Positions 37,367 through 49,631 of a stretch of DNA of 64,000 nucleotides are shown in pieces (within the stretch, counting starts at the first letter, position 1; each line of letters opens with the position of its first letter). Below the pieces are notes generated by a model. That model was given only the letters and a program-made list of their open reading frames with translations, made no database searches and was not told where the DNA came from. The position numbers and the translations under genes were made by a program. The stretch is from positions 1,488,001-1,552,000 of the forward strand of contig CM106586.1 in assembly GCA_048013815.1 (NCBI GenBank), in the 5' to 3' direction. Source of the stretch: Setoptus koraiensis. Lineage: Eukaryota > Animalia > Arthropoda.

Positions 37367-38742
37367 GCCAGTTAGTGTTTTGATAGACCATTTGTGTTAA
37401 ATATTATTTGATCTGGGCCCTGTGTTCGTGCTTTAGTGCGTGTGTGCGTGCTTAAACCGAACCTAGATCCTTTGGCGGAAGCCAGTGTTCAATTTAATGT
37501 TCAGCATCTCACCGATAACTAGGTCGCAACTTGAAACGAGCGCACCCACACCCACACCCGCATTCAAACACATATACACACGAGACGTGTTGTTTATTGG
37601 ACTTGTTTGATTGTTAACTTTCGATCAGATTTGCATTTACTATGTGTACTATCAGGCATGTTGTGTGTGTAGAGGGCGGAAGCATTGTGTTTGTGATTAC
37701 GCCATTTTTCTTCCTTATCCTCCCACTACTACAAATGCTTCCACTACTTATACTACTGCTACTGCCTCAACTGCTAGCACTACTGCTGCTGCTCCCGCTG
37801 CTGCTGCTTCCACTACTACTTTATTATTATTATTACTACTTCCTGTTAACAGCAGCTTCTTGCACACTTGAGCTAAATCGAATGTGCGGAAGAGTTCTAT
37901 GCACCCTATCTACACATGGCAGGGAATTGAGCAAATAGAAAGTGAACGCGCGGCGCGAAGACTATCCAGTTTGTTGTCGCTTCGCTGCTGGTAAACAAAC
38001 GCGTTACGCGTATATGTATGAATGGCGTTGCTAGCAAACTACAACAACAACAACAACAACAACAGCGGCAGCAGCACCGACGACAGCAGCCTGGCTGGCT
38101 GGCTGGCTGACTAACTGACTGTGCGGGCAAGGGGACTATCCGGGGCTGGTCGGTTAAATGAGGCCAAGTTGGCAGGATAAGTGAGCCACCACGTTATTAA
38201 CTGCAGTTGGCGAGGCAGTCTAGATGGAGCAGATAGCGCGTAGTGTATGCGCGATAAATTCGCTTCCGTGCTATATGGAAGCATATATGGTGGCCTAGGG
38301 TAGCAGTGCTATATGGCAGCAGCAATAGTATGGTGGTATAGGGTGGTCGCATACTTTTGATTTCTGTTCACTGCTAAGAATGCACTGTTTATTCTGTTTA
38401 TTTTATTTTCGTATCGAGCATGGCACATAGCGATCTGGTGGGGCGCAGTGTTGCGCAATGTGCCCCAGAATGCAGTATGTATATATGTATGTTTGCATGG
38501 GGGCACCTAGTACTGACGTATAGACTAAATTGTGCCGACCTTCATTTGACATTGACTTCGTAGCATCTTTTAAATCTTTTCAGCACAAATTATTATTATT
38601 AATGAATCTATTATTATTAAATAGATCATTGTACATATATTAACCATACAACAGAGAGTTGATTTTAATTTATATTATTATTATTTCAGGACTTGGTTAT
38701 ACATCATAATCGATCGGATAGCATAAGTTCGATCGACCTGGA

Positions 38743-38862
<120 letters not shown>

Positions 38863-39383
38863 AAACGGAGATATAGACACTTTAAATTTATTATTAGAGC
38901 AACATATTGAGGAAGGCAAGATCTGTTAAATTGAAAACGTCTCTCATGCAGCCCCTCAAATATTATTATCAATAAAGATATTGATATAGATATTTATAGA
39001 TATTAGTATACATATATATATAGTTATATACATAAATATATATACATGAACACCTATATATCCAGATATTGATATATAAACATCTTATTATTTAAGAAGA
39101 TATTATTAGATTTATTGAATTACTGAAGCTGAACGACATCAATATCAGCACCACCATAATCCACCACATTGTATTCGAATTGCAAATAGCGTGACCATTA
39201 TTATTATTATCATTACACAGTTATTAATACAATTAATTACTATTATTATTATAAATCAGCGATATGTTTCCCTACAAAATGCTACATGTTTATGTAAATT
39301 GAAAACATTTCAGCGAATATCACAACAGGCGCGTCGCGGCGAACGAGCTTTATCGTCGCCCGACAGTTCTCGAACTCACTGTT

Positions 39384-42131
39384 ATGATACCAGCTAAACC
39401 ATCAGCTGATTCTTACAGTCAGCCATCATCTGATTTATCACTAGATGAGGAACGGGAGGCTATTAGACGCGAAACCGAAAAAGCTGCCTTAAATCAATTG
39501 GAGAGGGCCAGACTAAAGCCTGTTGCTTTCGCAGCACGATCTAATATAAACTATGATGCCAATATTGATGATGATAGCCCTGTCCATGGTTGCGCGATCT
39601 CATTCAATGCTAAAGATTTCTTACACATTAAAGAGAAATATAACAACGACTGGTGGATTGGCCGTCTAGTTAAAGAAGGATGTGATATTGGTTTTATACC
39701 TTCGCCCATCAAATTAGAGAATTTGCGCCTCCAACAAGCACAAACTGGTAAATCAAATGGATTAGATGATGACGATAGTGATGCTGGTAGACGTGCCACT
39801 AAATCTGCTGTTAGCTTAAGTGTTAGTGGTAAAGATAAGAGAAAATTTTTCAAAAGACTCGAACATCTACCACCCTACGATGTTGTGCCTTCAATAAGAC
39901 CAGTGATATTGATTGGACCATCTTTGAAAGGTTTTGAAGTTACGGATATGATGCAAAAAGCTATTTTCGATTTTATGAAACATCGCTTTGAGGGTCGTAT
40001 CATTATTACAAGAGTTACAGCTGATATAAGTTTAGCTAAAAGAGCTGAACAAAACAATCCAATAGGTGGAAAACGTCCTTTAATTGAACGATCAGAGAGT
40101 CGTTCTGCTTCTAATTTAACAGAGGTTCAAGCAGAAATTGAACGTATATTTGAGTTGGCGCGCACAATGCAATTAGTTGTTTTAGATTGTGACACTATTA
40201 ATCATCCATCTCAAATGGCTAAAACATCATTGGCACCTATTATGGTCTATCTAAAGGTAGCCTCACCAAAAGTGTTACAAAGATTGATTAAATCAAGAGG
40301 TAAAACACAAATTCGCAATATAAGTGTTCAAATGTCGTCAGCCGAAAGACTTATACAATCAAATGAAGATTTTGACGTTGTTTTAGATGAGAATCAATTA
40401 GAAGAGGCTTGCGAGCATCTTGCCGAATATCTAGAAAGTTATTGGAAGGCGATACACCCCCCAGGTAGATCCAATTTGATGGCGTCCGCATCATCGTCGT
40501 CTCATCAACAAATGCCTCCATCATCGCCACCAATGATTCGTGCAGCATCTCCTCATCACACTCCAACATTGGCCGCCTTGCATCATCAAAATTCTCAAGT
40601 TCCAATGCAACAGCACCACCATTCATCATCTTCACCACCACCGCCACAAATTCGCCATCATAATCAACAACAGCATCAGCAGCAACAGCACACACACCAT
40701 CCACCGACTCATCATCAATTACCGCCAGCATTAGCATCATCGTCCCATCAGCAACAGCATCAAGATAGCTATCACTATCATGATGTTCATCCAACATCGG
40801 AACCATTGCCATTAGTGTCGGAATATCAACAACAGCCGTTGCCAAGTACATCATCTTTTGGACAAAATCAACAACTCCGTCACCAGCATAGAATTGCTCC
40901 ACAACCGCCACATTCGTCATTATTATTATATCAGCAACATGGTCAGCCTCCATCGCCCCCTCTAGGTCAAGGTGTTTACCATCATCAACAACAACAACAG
41001 CAACAACAACAACATCGCCAATCACAACAACAAATACAACAATATCAGCAACACCAAATGGGTGCTGGTAGAACACAGCCACGATCTCAAGGCAGTCAAT
41101 TTGTCTCTGGCCCTCCAAAACCTGCCATTGACGAACATCAGTACCGTCAATATACTTCATCACCAGTGAGCGATACTAATGACGCTAGTGCTCAACAACA
41201 AAGACGTTCATCGCCTTTTAGTCAACAGCAACAGCAGCAGCAGATTCATCCACATCCATCTACGGGTCAGCATAGTTTAACATGGCAATATTCTGACGAT
41301 CCATATATTAGAGGCAATATTCTAGGAGGCCAATTAGCAGGTCTTAGATCTAGTAGCATCGTCGGTCCGCCCAACTTCTTCACTCCGCATCATGCACTAG
41401 CAGAAACTAGTCAACAACAGATCAATAGGTCGCAACGCTCTAGCTCTCGTTTAACCCAGACCCCTGCTGACTTAATGCGCAAGGAACCTTCTTATCCTCT
41501 CAATACACAACCTCCGCTCCATCAAGTGCAACCAAGTTTACAAAGGCAACAGAATCTATCTTATGAAGCTTATAATCAACCGAGCGGTAGGATGATTGAT
41601 AGCTCTAGTCCATTATCGCATCCAGATAGTTATGGCAGGCATGGTCCTATGTTGACTAGTCATGTTGCATACCATTCAACACCTTCGGCTTCAACAGATT
41701 CCCATCAAATGTTACCTAGAGGTCAACACTCCTTACCAATGTATCCCAAGACAACATATAGACCAGACACAATAGAACCTATAGAGGATATTGGTCAGCA
41801 TGTGTATACAGGTGGGCCAGGTACTTCTAGAGCATTAATCCCGTCCTCCTATGGTGCAGCTAGTCTAATTGAACAAAGGCAATATCGCACGCAACCGAGT
41901 TCCTGTTTAGAGAGAGAGTTACCGGGCAGGCCAAATTATAGAAAACAGTCCAGCTATGAGGAACCATCTAGACTTGAGAGGAATTTGCACGAACCGTGGC
42001 GCCCATCTAGTACAACAGGATACTCAAGAACATCTGGAGCGACTGCCGCACCGTCACAATATCCATCACTTATGGGTCTCGATACTCACCGTCAACAGTC
42101 CCGCAACCAATGGCAGCATTACAACAGATAG
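39384..42131 (+). CDS. CACNB: Voltage-gated calcium channel beta subunit (SH3 + guanylate-kinase-like) with a long Q/H/P/S-rich tail; single ORF of 915 aa, an upstream exon is possible
   Basis: [85 protein letters not shown] and [21 protein letters not shown]. Confidence 0.96.
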   Translation: MIPAKPSADSYSQPSSDLSLDEEREAIRRETEKAALNQLERARLKPVAFAARSNINYDANIDDDSPVHGCAISFNAKDFLHIKEKYNNDWWIGRLVKEGCDIGFIPSPIKLENLRLQQAQTGKSNGLDDDDSDAGRRATKSAVSLSVSGKDKRKFFKRLEHLPPYDVVPSIRPVILIGPSLKGFEVTDMMQKAIFDFMKHRFEGRIIITRVTADISLAKRAEQNNPIGGKRPLIERSESRSASNLTEVQAEIERIFELARTMQLVVLDCDTINHPSQMAKTSLAPIMVYLKVASPKVLQRLIKSRGKTQIRNISVQMSSAERLIQSNEDFDVVLDENQLEEACEHLAEYLESYWKAIHPPGRSNLMASASSSSHQQMPPSSPPMIRAASPHHTPTLAALHHQNSQVPMQQHHHSSSSPPPPQIRHHNQQQHQQQQHTHHPPTHHQLPPALASSSHQQQHQDSYHYHDVHPTSEPLPLVSEYQQQPLPSTSSFGQNQQLRHQHRIAPQPPHSSLLLYQQHGQPPSPPLGQGVYHHQQQQQQQQQHRQSQQQIQQYQQHQMGAGRTQPRSQGSQFVSGPPKPAIDEHQYRQYTSSPVSDTNDASAQQQRRSSPFSQQQQQQQIHPHPSTGQHSLTWQYSDDPYIRGNILGGQLAGLRSSSIVGPPNFFTPHHALAETSQQQINRSQRSSSRLTQTPADLMRKEPSYPLNTQPPLHQVQPSLQRQQNLSYEAYNQPSGRMIDSSSPLSHPDSYGRHGPMLTSHVAYHSTPSASTDSHQMLPRGQHSLPMYPKTTYRPDTIEPIEDIGQHVYTGGPGTSRALIPSSYGAASLIEQRQYRTQPSSCLERELPGRPNYRKQSSYEEPSRLERNLHEPWRPSSTTGYSRTSGATAAPSQYPSLMGLDTHRQQSRNQWQHYNR

Positions 42132-42588
42132 TTTGATCTTGAAGAGACACTATATCATATCATTATAATATTATCATCAGATTATTATACTAGGTTAAAA
42201 TTTGCTTATAGATATTGCACAACAACTTTTACAATAGCTCAAACAGGCACTTACACCTAACATTTAATAGTGCGATTGATATAGTCAAACACTTCAATGA
42301 TTAGAGATGGGTTTAAGCAGCATGAGAAGTAAATTAATTAATTGGGTGCGATAGACGAGTGAGGAATCGAGTATTATCACGTCCCATTTGATTTCATCAA
42401 AACAGAATGCCATTCAACCATGGTTCTATTTATAGTAGGTTGTAAGATTATACGTTATTTATAATAGTCTTATAAACTATCTGATATTGTAATATACACT
42501 GCCTAAATCTCTTTTTCTAAAATAATTTATTTGGCCTGACAGATTGGTATCACAGAAAGTCTTTTATGTCACCATTTTTGTGCACCAT

Positions 42589-43113
42589 TTACAATTCTTG
42601 AATCTCGCCCAATGCCTCTAAAACAATCTTTATGTATGCCTTAATATTAGCCGCTCTTTCCTGGTGTTCGGTTAACTTTTTTTGGAGTTGTTTCTCTTTG
42701 AAGTCAATCATTTTCTCTGCCTCCGACAATTCCATATGCAAAAAATAGTCTTGCCCGATATTTAAAAAAATTTTACTAGCATCGGGAACATGACATTGCG
42801 CATAGAAGTTGCAGCCCAAATCTGTCTGGAACCTCAAATTCCTCGGCCTAGATTTGATGGCTCTTATAGTTGCTCTTATTTGAAGATATTCAGCTATAAG
42901 TGTACAAATTCTGTCCATCTTTTTGTTTACATCAACTAATTCAACTTTCAATTTGTCGTTGATGAATTCCTCATATCTTACTACCTTCCCTTCGATTTGT
43001 CCTTTAGAGGTTCCAGGCTCTTGAAGTTTGTCTGATTTGGTGGTACAAGCAACATTCTTTTTTATGATGTCCTGCTTCACGTTTACTCTTTCTCGTACAA
43101 AATTGCTCTCCAT
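42589..43113 (-). CDS. UXT: Protein UXT (prefoldin alpha-like), about 174 aa from ATG at 43113
   Basis: KVVRYEEFINDKLK, AEYLQIR, QTDLGCNFYAQCHVPDASKIF.NIG and a C-terminal coiled coil ending LGEIQEL. Confidence 0.9.
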   Translation of the reverse strand: MESNFVRERVNVKQDIIKKNVACTTKSDKLQEPGTSKGQIEGKVVRYEEFINDKLKVELVDVNKKMDRICTLIAEYLQIRATIRAIKSRPRNLRFQTDLGCNFYAQCHVPDASKIFLNIGQDYFLHMELSEAEKMIDFKEKQLQKKLTEHQERAANIKAYIKIVLEALGEIQEL

Positions 43114-43497
43114 GATAACCAATAAATCAAAGGTCCATGCAAGCGTGGATGATATGAAATACAATCTAAAACTCCCAAAATATAGCCAATATTTTCAAGT
43201 GTCTCATCAAATCACATGGCATGCTCTGCTAATGTTATTCACTGAAGAATGTTGCGCACTTTATCAGCTGTTTTCCAGACTGGCCTGCAGCGGGTCACTG
43301 TTGATTGCAAGTTGCAACCAACCCGAATCGATATCAAATCAATCTCGAGGCGACAATCATAAAAAATCTTGTATCCTCATTAGGTGTAGGCTTCCCGAAC
43401 CATTTTTTTCATCCTTATATTAGGACAAATGAGATAAACAGTACAGGTATATTTGGAGAAAGTATTTAGATCTCTCAGAACTCATCAAGGAATCGAA

Positions 43498-43995
43498 ATG
43501 TTCTCAGGATCTGATATTGTCAATCAGCTATACTCCCTTATCTACTCACCTTTCTCATGGAGGTTAATACTTATAACTTTCCTCGTTATCGTTGTACCAA
43601 GAATTGCAAGATTGGTAAGTTCTAATTATAATATCTACTGATACTATTGTATTGATCTTAGATTTTCTCCGCTATAACTGCCTATGACTTCTTCGATTGT
43701 CCAGGTCATTCCGCTGCTAATATCACTTAGGCATCATAGACAGAAGACGAAATTAGCTGGACAAATACAGGAAATAAAGAACGAACTTTCAGGAATCAGC
43801 CAAGTTGATGAGTTTGCAAAATATTCTCGTGTCCAGAGGAGAATGAGGGTCCTGGTGGATCAGTATACAACAATATCAAGAGACGACGCCAAATTGGGAT
43901 TCGAATATACCTTGATAGCACAAATAGTTATCTACTTGATAGCAGGCCTACTCGGATTGGGCATCGCATATCAATTTGTGCGAATGCTCGTGTAA
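43498..43995 (+). CDS. WRB: WRB/GET1-like tail-anchored protein insertase: join(43498-43614, 43705-43995), about 135 aa
   Basis: N-terminal TM, then the GET1 coiled-coil signature IQEIKNELSGISQVDEFAKYSRVQRR, then a TM. A 90-nt GTAAGT...CCAG phase-0 intron joins two ORF-track fragments. Confidence 0.8.
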
Positions 43996-44220
43996 TTAGG
44001 TGATGTAAACTATGTATTTTTACTTCATGTAAAGTGTCTCCAACAACCCTGCCAAGCAAGCTTTTCCGGGAAAATACATTTAAGACAACATCACTGTCTC
44101 AGATAAATGTAGCTATGATGATGGTGAGACACAACATATGATTTTGGTGAGGGTGTTTCCGCATGGATACAAAATTTTACGTCTTGTTTTTGTCTTATTA
44201 AATATAATAGGTCGAGTAAT

Positions 44221-46746
44221 CTAAGAGTTTATTGTGTGACCTTTCAGTTCATAGAACAAATGATTTATAATGAGATAATTGTTAGTCAGTATGTTGATCT
44301 TTACACAACTATTGGCGGTACCAAATCGCATCAACAGGTATCTCTCTTTTGACATTACACACAAGGCCTCAATGTGATCGTCATAGAAATAGTTGCTTGT
44401 ACTTCCTGCTATTCTGTAATAGTTTAGCCATGGAAAGTGCTGAAAGAATTTATCCAAGTCGTCGAAATCTGGTAATATTATCATTGTCTCAATAGAATTC
44501 TGTTGGGCTAATACGGTTTGCCATAAATCGTTGAACTTGATACGGGACGGATGATTGTGTTCGGCACTAACTGGAAATAATAGATCCTCTAGACCTATGT
44601 TGCATGAATAATTATCAATAAATCTAAAAGATTTCGCGTCTTTGTCTGTGAATTCGAAGTTAAAGTGTAATCTGAAAGGATATACAGATATTGGTCGGAA
44701 CATTATTTTAAAAGTTGTATTTTCACCTTTAACCAAAATTGGTAAGTCGGTAGTAAGGCTAATCTTTTTATCCTCGGAGTAAATTTCAACACAGATTGCA
44801 AATATCTTATCACAAATGAAATTGTGCTCTAGATCATCTTTCAATGACATTTCAAAGAGAATTTCCAAGTTAATGTCGGTAGGCGGGAAGCTGACATAAT
44901 TGGTATGGTCGATCCTCTTCAGATGTATTGGACAACTTAGATCTTTCTGTATACTAGCTGTGGAATCTACATCCGTCACCTCATCATCATAGTAGGTAGG
45001 TTGACATGAATCTAATTCTCTTATCTTACAAGTCTCGGAGAATGTGTTGAGAGCTGTATGATAAAATTCAATCCACATAACAGAAGTTTGATCATTAGTA
45101 ATACTCATCAATTGCTCAAACAACTTATTCATTTTGGCTTTCAACAAAGGTGTTATTTCACAACTCCATAGTATCGATGTAAAAAGTGGTAAAAATTCCG
45201 TATAGTTCTTGGGATTAGCAAGTATACAATTTGAAATGAGCGTGAATAATACTAGCATCTTGCTCTCTTCGATGCAAATACTATCCCGATTGATCGCCCA
45301 ATCGAATACTTTGATAAAGCAGTATGAATCCATCTTGGTTGACAACGAGTCGAAATCATTTATCAAATAACTTATAAGACGAGGCGTTAATCGTGGGATG
45401 AGTGTTTGTTGAGCCTCCATGAGGCATAGAGCATGATTGATCAACTTATCTGGTCCCTCTGCGAGTGAAAAGACGATTTCCTCAATCCTCTCCAGAAGTC
45501 CAGGCCTTTCTGTAATGGTGAAACTAAGTATCCGATAGAAAGCATTCACTGCACGAGTACTGGCATTCGTGATTGTTTTGAAGAGACCAGATATCATATA
45601 GAAGATCTCTTCGTCTGAGATTAGACTAGACAAGCAAAGGATGCAATATTTCTTCTCAAAGGTGTCCGGTTTATCTGTCTGTGCGGGTCGCAATTGGCGG
45701 ATTCGTATGAGATCGGTTTTGATATTTTTAATAGAGAGATCGCGTATTAGTTCCAGAGCTAACAACCTAGTGCTGACATCAGTCATGGTTTTGAAGGAAA
45801 TCTCGTGAAGGTTTTCGATTAGTTGCTCCTCACAGCGGCTGGAGAATAATTGAAGTCCGGATTTAACCATCAAAATTATCTGGATATGTACAATATGAAG
45901 TTCTTTTCTACCCGAGAAAGCACTAACGAGTTGTTTTAAAAAAGCAGCACTAAATTTACTTTCAATCATTGGATCTAGGTATTGGGTGCTAAGTAGATGT
46001 TCGGAAACTGATTTTAAAACAGCGTAAACAAAGTGAGGATTGAGTTCTTCGTTGATCATTGACTCCAGAGTATGCATCTCAAAGGCATCTACATTCCCAA
46101 GCATAGCGAATAATGTGGACTGTTTGAATAAATTTTGCTTGGATTTGAATTTTTCTAACTTTGTAACAAGTCCAGTGTGTTCTTGCAACAAATGAAGACA
46201 CTCAATGATGACTGAGTCTGGCTTTTTCCCAACAACTTTAGACCCTGAACTGAGTTGGATGACAGTAGACGTCATAGAGAACTCTAATAGAAGATTGATG
46301 AAGTCTTCTATAGATTCCTGGTTCGAGTCTATGTGCTCATCGAGCGAGCTAAGTAATAGCAATGAAGTTAGACATGCAGCTGTTTTGTGAAAATATAATT
46401 GTCTGTTAACAGATATCTGTTGTTTGTCGCTAGTCGTCCTAATCAAAGAGTTCTTTATAGTTGAATCACGACTTGGAACCTTCAAAAAATTGAATTGATT
46501 TTTGAATATAACCAATAATGGACAGTATACCAATTCGAAGCAGTCATTATGTGTGAGTTTGAGCGCATTCTCCTCTAGATAAGTGAGTAGATGCACTTTA
46601 ATAATAATTGGTATAGTGTCATTGTGTAAATCTCTGAAGATATCTGAGTAAAAATCCAAATTACATTCGCTACCGGATTTGATTTTTTGGAGTAGGCAAT
46701 ACCAATTTTCTAAGTTGCAGGGCCCCAGTAATGCTGATTTGACCAT
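44221..46746 (-). CDS. AP5B1: Probable AP-5 complex subunit beta-1 (solenoid protein); intronless, 841 aa
   Basis: N-terminal FYSDIFRDLHNDTIPIIIKVHLLTYLEE resembles the AP5B1 start as recalled. Length is comparable, with a helical body and a beta-rich C-terminal appendage ending KINILTNNY. Divergent; not confirmed by search. Confidence 0.6.
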   Translation of the reverse strand: MVKSALLGPCNLENWYCLLQKIKSGSECNLDFYSDIFRDLHNDTIPIIIKVHLLTYLEENALKLTHNDCFELVYCPLLVIFKNQFNFLKVPSRDSTIKNSLIRTTSDKQQISVNRQLYFHKTAACLTSLLLLSSLDEHIDSNQESIEDFINLLLEFSMTSTVIQLSSGSKVVGKKPDSVIIECLHLLQEHTGLVTKLEKFKSKQNLFKQSTLFAMLGNVDAFEMHTLESMINEELNPHFVYAVLKSVSEHLLSTQYLDPMIESKFSAAFLKQLVSAFSGRKELHIVHIQIILMVKSGLQLFSSRCEEQLIENLHEISFKTMTDVSTRLLALELIRDLSIKNIKTDLIRIRQLRPAQTDKPDTFEKKYCILCLSSLISDEEIFYMISGLFKTITNASTRAVNAFYRILSFTITERPGLLERIEEIVFSLAEGPDKLINHALCLMEAQQTLIPRLTPRLISYLINDFDSLSTKMDSYCFIKVFDWAINRDSICIEESKMLVLFTLISNCILANPKNYTEFLPLFTSILWSCEITPLLKAKMNKLFEQLMSITNDQTSVMWIEFYHTALNTFSETCKIRELDSCQPTYYDDEVTDVDSTASIQKDLSCPIHLKRIDHTNYVSFPPTDINLEILFEMSLKDDLEHNFICDKIFAICVEIYSEDKKISLTTDLPILVKGENTTFKIMFRPISVYPFRLHFNFEFTDKDAKSFRFIDNYSCNIGLEDLLFPVSAEHNHPSRIKFNDLWQTVLAQQNSIETMIILPDFDDLDKFFQHFPWLNYYRIAGSTSNYFYDDHIEALCVMSKERYLLMRFGTANSCVKINILTNNYLIINHLFYELKGHTINS

Positions 46747-46958
46747 AATGTCGCCGCAAATGACTAGAAACTGTTGTTGTTTACACCTTCAGTGGTAAAA
46801 TAATCAATTTGACTGATTGATTGGACGGTTGTAGTCAATGAGTACCATCGATGTGTCTTTTTAGCCTGTTGTCGTGTTGAGTTTTAATAATAATAAAAAT
46901 ATAACCATAGTGGTGCAATCATTGAAGATAAAAAGGTAGTTTTATATAATAATACATC

Positions 46959-46963
46959 AAAAA
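46959..46963 (-). terminator. Candidate Pol III terminator (T5) for the RNase P RNA gene
   Basis: A5 on the plus strand, about 15-20 nt past the predicted RNA 3' end; a second A5 lies at 46930-46934. Confidence 0.6.
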
Positions 46964-46977
46964 GTATTGTCGTACCG

Positions 46978-47364
46978 TACTCGTGGGCAAAGAGTAGTCT
47001 GAATTAAGTTTACTCCAATGGTGGGAGTGATCGCATATCGAGCTAAGTATGCCTGGATTACAAGCAATATTCTCGGTTGCGAGCTCGTCCCATCCTGGGG
47101 AGAACCTAACAACCAAATCAGATGGTAATTATCTCACCATCTTCATATTTGGACAAACTCGGTTACAGCCAAGGTTTGATTTCTCTTAAGCCCGTGCGGG
47201 TATTTAACCCGACGCCCATCAAGGGACACAGGCGTGTCGGGAAACTAAGGTACCAGAAAGGTTCCTTTCGGCCACAGCACACCACCTTTCTCAGACCTTC
47301 CCAGGGGTGAATTCTAGCAGTCTACTAGTGCTGACCCCTAATGCGAACTTAAGACCATGAGTGC
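46978..47364 (-). ncRNA. RPPH1: Nuclear RNase P RNA (RPR/H1-like), about 385 nt; ends approximate
   Basis: Minus strand carries CR-I GGGAAGGTCTGAG (47302-47290) and CR-V AATTCAGACTACTC (47005-46992), which form P4. Also P3 AGGGGT...ACCCCT just before CR-I, P2 TCGCAT/ATGCGA, P19 ACTCC-loop-GGAGT and an imperfect P1. Confidence 0.92.
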
Positions 47365-47393
47365 GGTTAATGGGATGTGGGCGTGACTTCATG

Positions 47394-47432
47394 TATATAT
47401 ACTAGTTGCATTATGTCGAGTTAAGAAATTAC
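47394..47432 (-). promoter_or_regulatory. Candidate type-3 Pol III promoter (PSE-like element + TATA) of the RNase P RNA gene
   Basis: TATATATA (47401-47394) about 30 nt upstream of the predicted 5' end, preceded by GTAATTTCTTAACTCG, which resembles the insect snRNA PSEA core TAATTCTCAACT. Confidence 0.55.
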
Positions 47433-47874
47433 AGTTTTGTGAGCTACCAAAAGTATATTCAAGACTGTTTGAGCATCATTTAGAACGATATATCAGGTGG
47501 TGTTCGAAGATTCTAATTTTTAATTTTGGATTTATTCATGTTAGTTCGACAATCGAATGTTGAGCATTATCATCAAATGTTGTATTCATATGTTTATTCT
47601 GCATAGCAAAAGGGCGACCTCTGGTGCATAATCGTCGCAGATTCTGAATAGTCTTGAAATTGCCGCTCGTTGCTGTGCGCAGGGGGAAAGCAAAAGTTCT
47701 TGCCCATGTCCAAATGTTTGATCACAAGAGAGCGTTTAGCATATGTGATAGCCTGTTTAGGAAATCAAATCGAGCTACGACACAAAAACAGAGGGCATAC
47801 TTCCCGATCTAAATGAATAAATCCCTAATTCAACATCGAATATTTTAACAATAGCGAACACATATTTCTACCTA

Positions 47875-49574
47875 ATGCCGGAGCAATCTCAAACTCGTGA
47901 TGGGCACCCTGTTCAGGTGGTCCGATTGGATAAGAAAAGCAATGGACTGGAGCTTGATATGGATGGCCTGAAGGAGATCTGTCTCGACGAACGTTGCCAC
48001 GATAAAGAGTTATGTATTGTATCCATTGCTGGAGACTATCGTAAGGGAAAATCATTTATGCTGAACTTTTTCCTACGCTACTTGTATCACATAAGTGCTG
48101 AACAGAAACGATCAGAGAATGAGAAATCAGATGAAGCTCCTGACACAACTTCTACTGACGATTGGCTTGGCGACCGTGGTAAACCCTTGGAGGGCTTCTC
48201 ATGGCGTAGCGGCACTAAACCAGAGACTACGGGAATAGTTATCTGGAGTGAACCCATCATAATAAAGACTAAGGGTGGCAAAGAGGTAGCGGTACTTCTC
48301 ATGGATACTCAGGGAGCGTTTGATTCTAGACAAACAATACGTCAAACAGCGATTACTTTCGCTCTATCCACCTTGACTAGCTCAATTCAAATCTACAACA
48401 TCATGAACAACATACAAGAAAATGACCTACAAGTTTTAGACATCTTCCTCGGCTACGGACAATTGGCATTAGAAGCTTCGCAAGAAAAACCATTTCAACA
48501 GTTGGTATTTCTTATTCGTGATTGGAGATGGCCTGACGAGTATGAGTACGGTGTAGAAGGTGGAAACAGGCTGCTCAACGATAGAATGCACATTGAAGAT
48601 GAACCAGATAGTCAAGATCTTCAAATCAGAGATCGTATTAAGTCGTGTTTTGATAAAACGATGTGCTATCTAATGCCCTACCCGGGAGAAAATGTCTCAG
48701 AAAACTCAAAATTCAAAGGATGTCTATCGGATATGAAGGAAAACTTTGTCGATAATCTAGCCGTGTTCGTACCTAAAATTTTAGCTCCAGAAAATTTAGT
48801 CACCAAAAGAATCGGAGGTGCGAAAGTTACTGGCCGCACACTCATTGAGTATTTCCGAGCCTACTCGGAGGCCTTCAAAGGCGAGGTACCTGAGGCGAAA
48901 TGTATGTATGAAGCAACTGCAGAAGCTAGTAATTTGGCTGCAGTGGCCATTGCAAAAAATCATTACACTTCCTTGATGAAGGATGTTTGCGGTGTCAACA
49001 AGCCTTATATTAACCCTAGAATTCTTGAGGACAGGCATGTCAAGCTACTCAGAGAGTCTATGGATCTGTTCAAAACTGCCAAAAAACTTGGCAGTTCTGA
49101 TTATTCCTTATCTTTCCAAGAGAATCTATCAAAAGAGCTTCTAAGTAACTACGAGGAATTCATCGAGCATAACAATCAGAAGAATATGTTCAACATGTGG
49201 GGAAGTCCCCTCATTCTGTTATGTTTTTGGTTTGTCACATTCACTCTAAATCGCATATTTGACCTTATTGGTATAAGTCCATTGGCCAATCTCTTCTACG
49301 CACAATCTATGCTATCTTTTTTCTCTGTCATAGTATATCTAAGCCTGAAGTAAGTATTATTTAATCCAATATTCAACCCCATTCTATTTGAAACCATAAA
49401 AACTATCACTTACTCACCTTTGTCCACTCTTATCACCATGATAGATACACCGGGAATTTCCCAGAAATAGTGAACGCAATAGATAAAGTGGCAGAGTTCT
49501 GTTGGACTACCGCTATGGACACTCTCTTGGGCACAATCGGGAACAGAATGCATCAACAATTAACAAATAGATGA
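47875..49574 (+). CDS. atl: Atlastin (ER-fusion GTPase): join(47875-49349, 49445-49574), about 534 aa
   Basis: SIAGDYRKGKSF P-loop, GF.WRSG...ETTGI..W, LMDTQGAFD, FLIRDW and two C-terminal TMs. A 95-nt GTAAGT...ATAG intron adds the amphipathic tail (KYTGNFPEIVNAIDKVAEFCW). Confidence 0.96.
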
Positions 49575-49631
49575 TTACCATTGATTGAAAGCTTGTTTAT
49601 TATATTGATATTTAATCATTAAAGAGAATTG

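Noticed and set aside
40351-41163. 270-aa minus-strand ORF
   Set aside because: Antisense of the CAA/CAG/CAT-rich CACNB tail, which is naturally poor in stops on the opposite strand.
46919-47310. ORFs 46919-47116 and 47122-47310
   Set aside because: They overlap the RNase P RNA gene, whose GC-rich structure explains the open frames.
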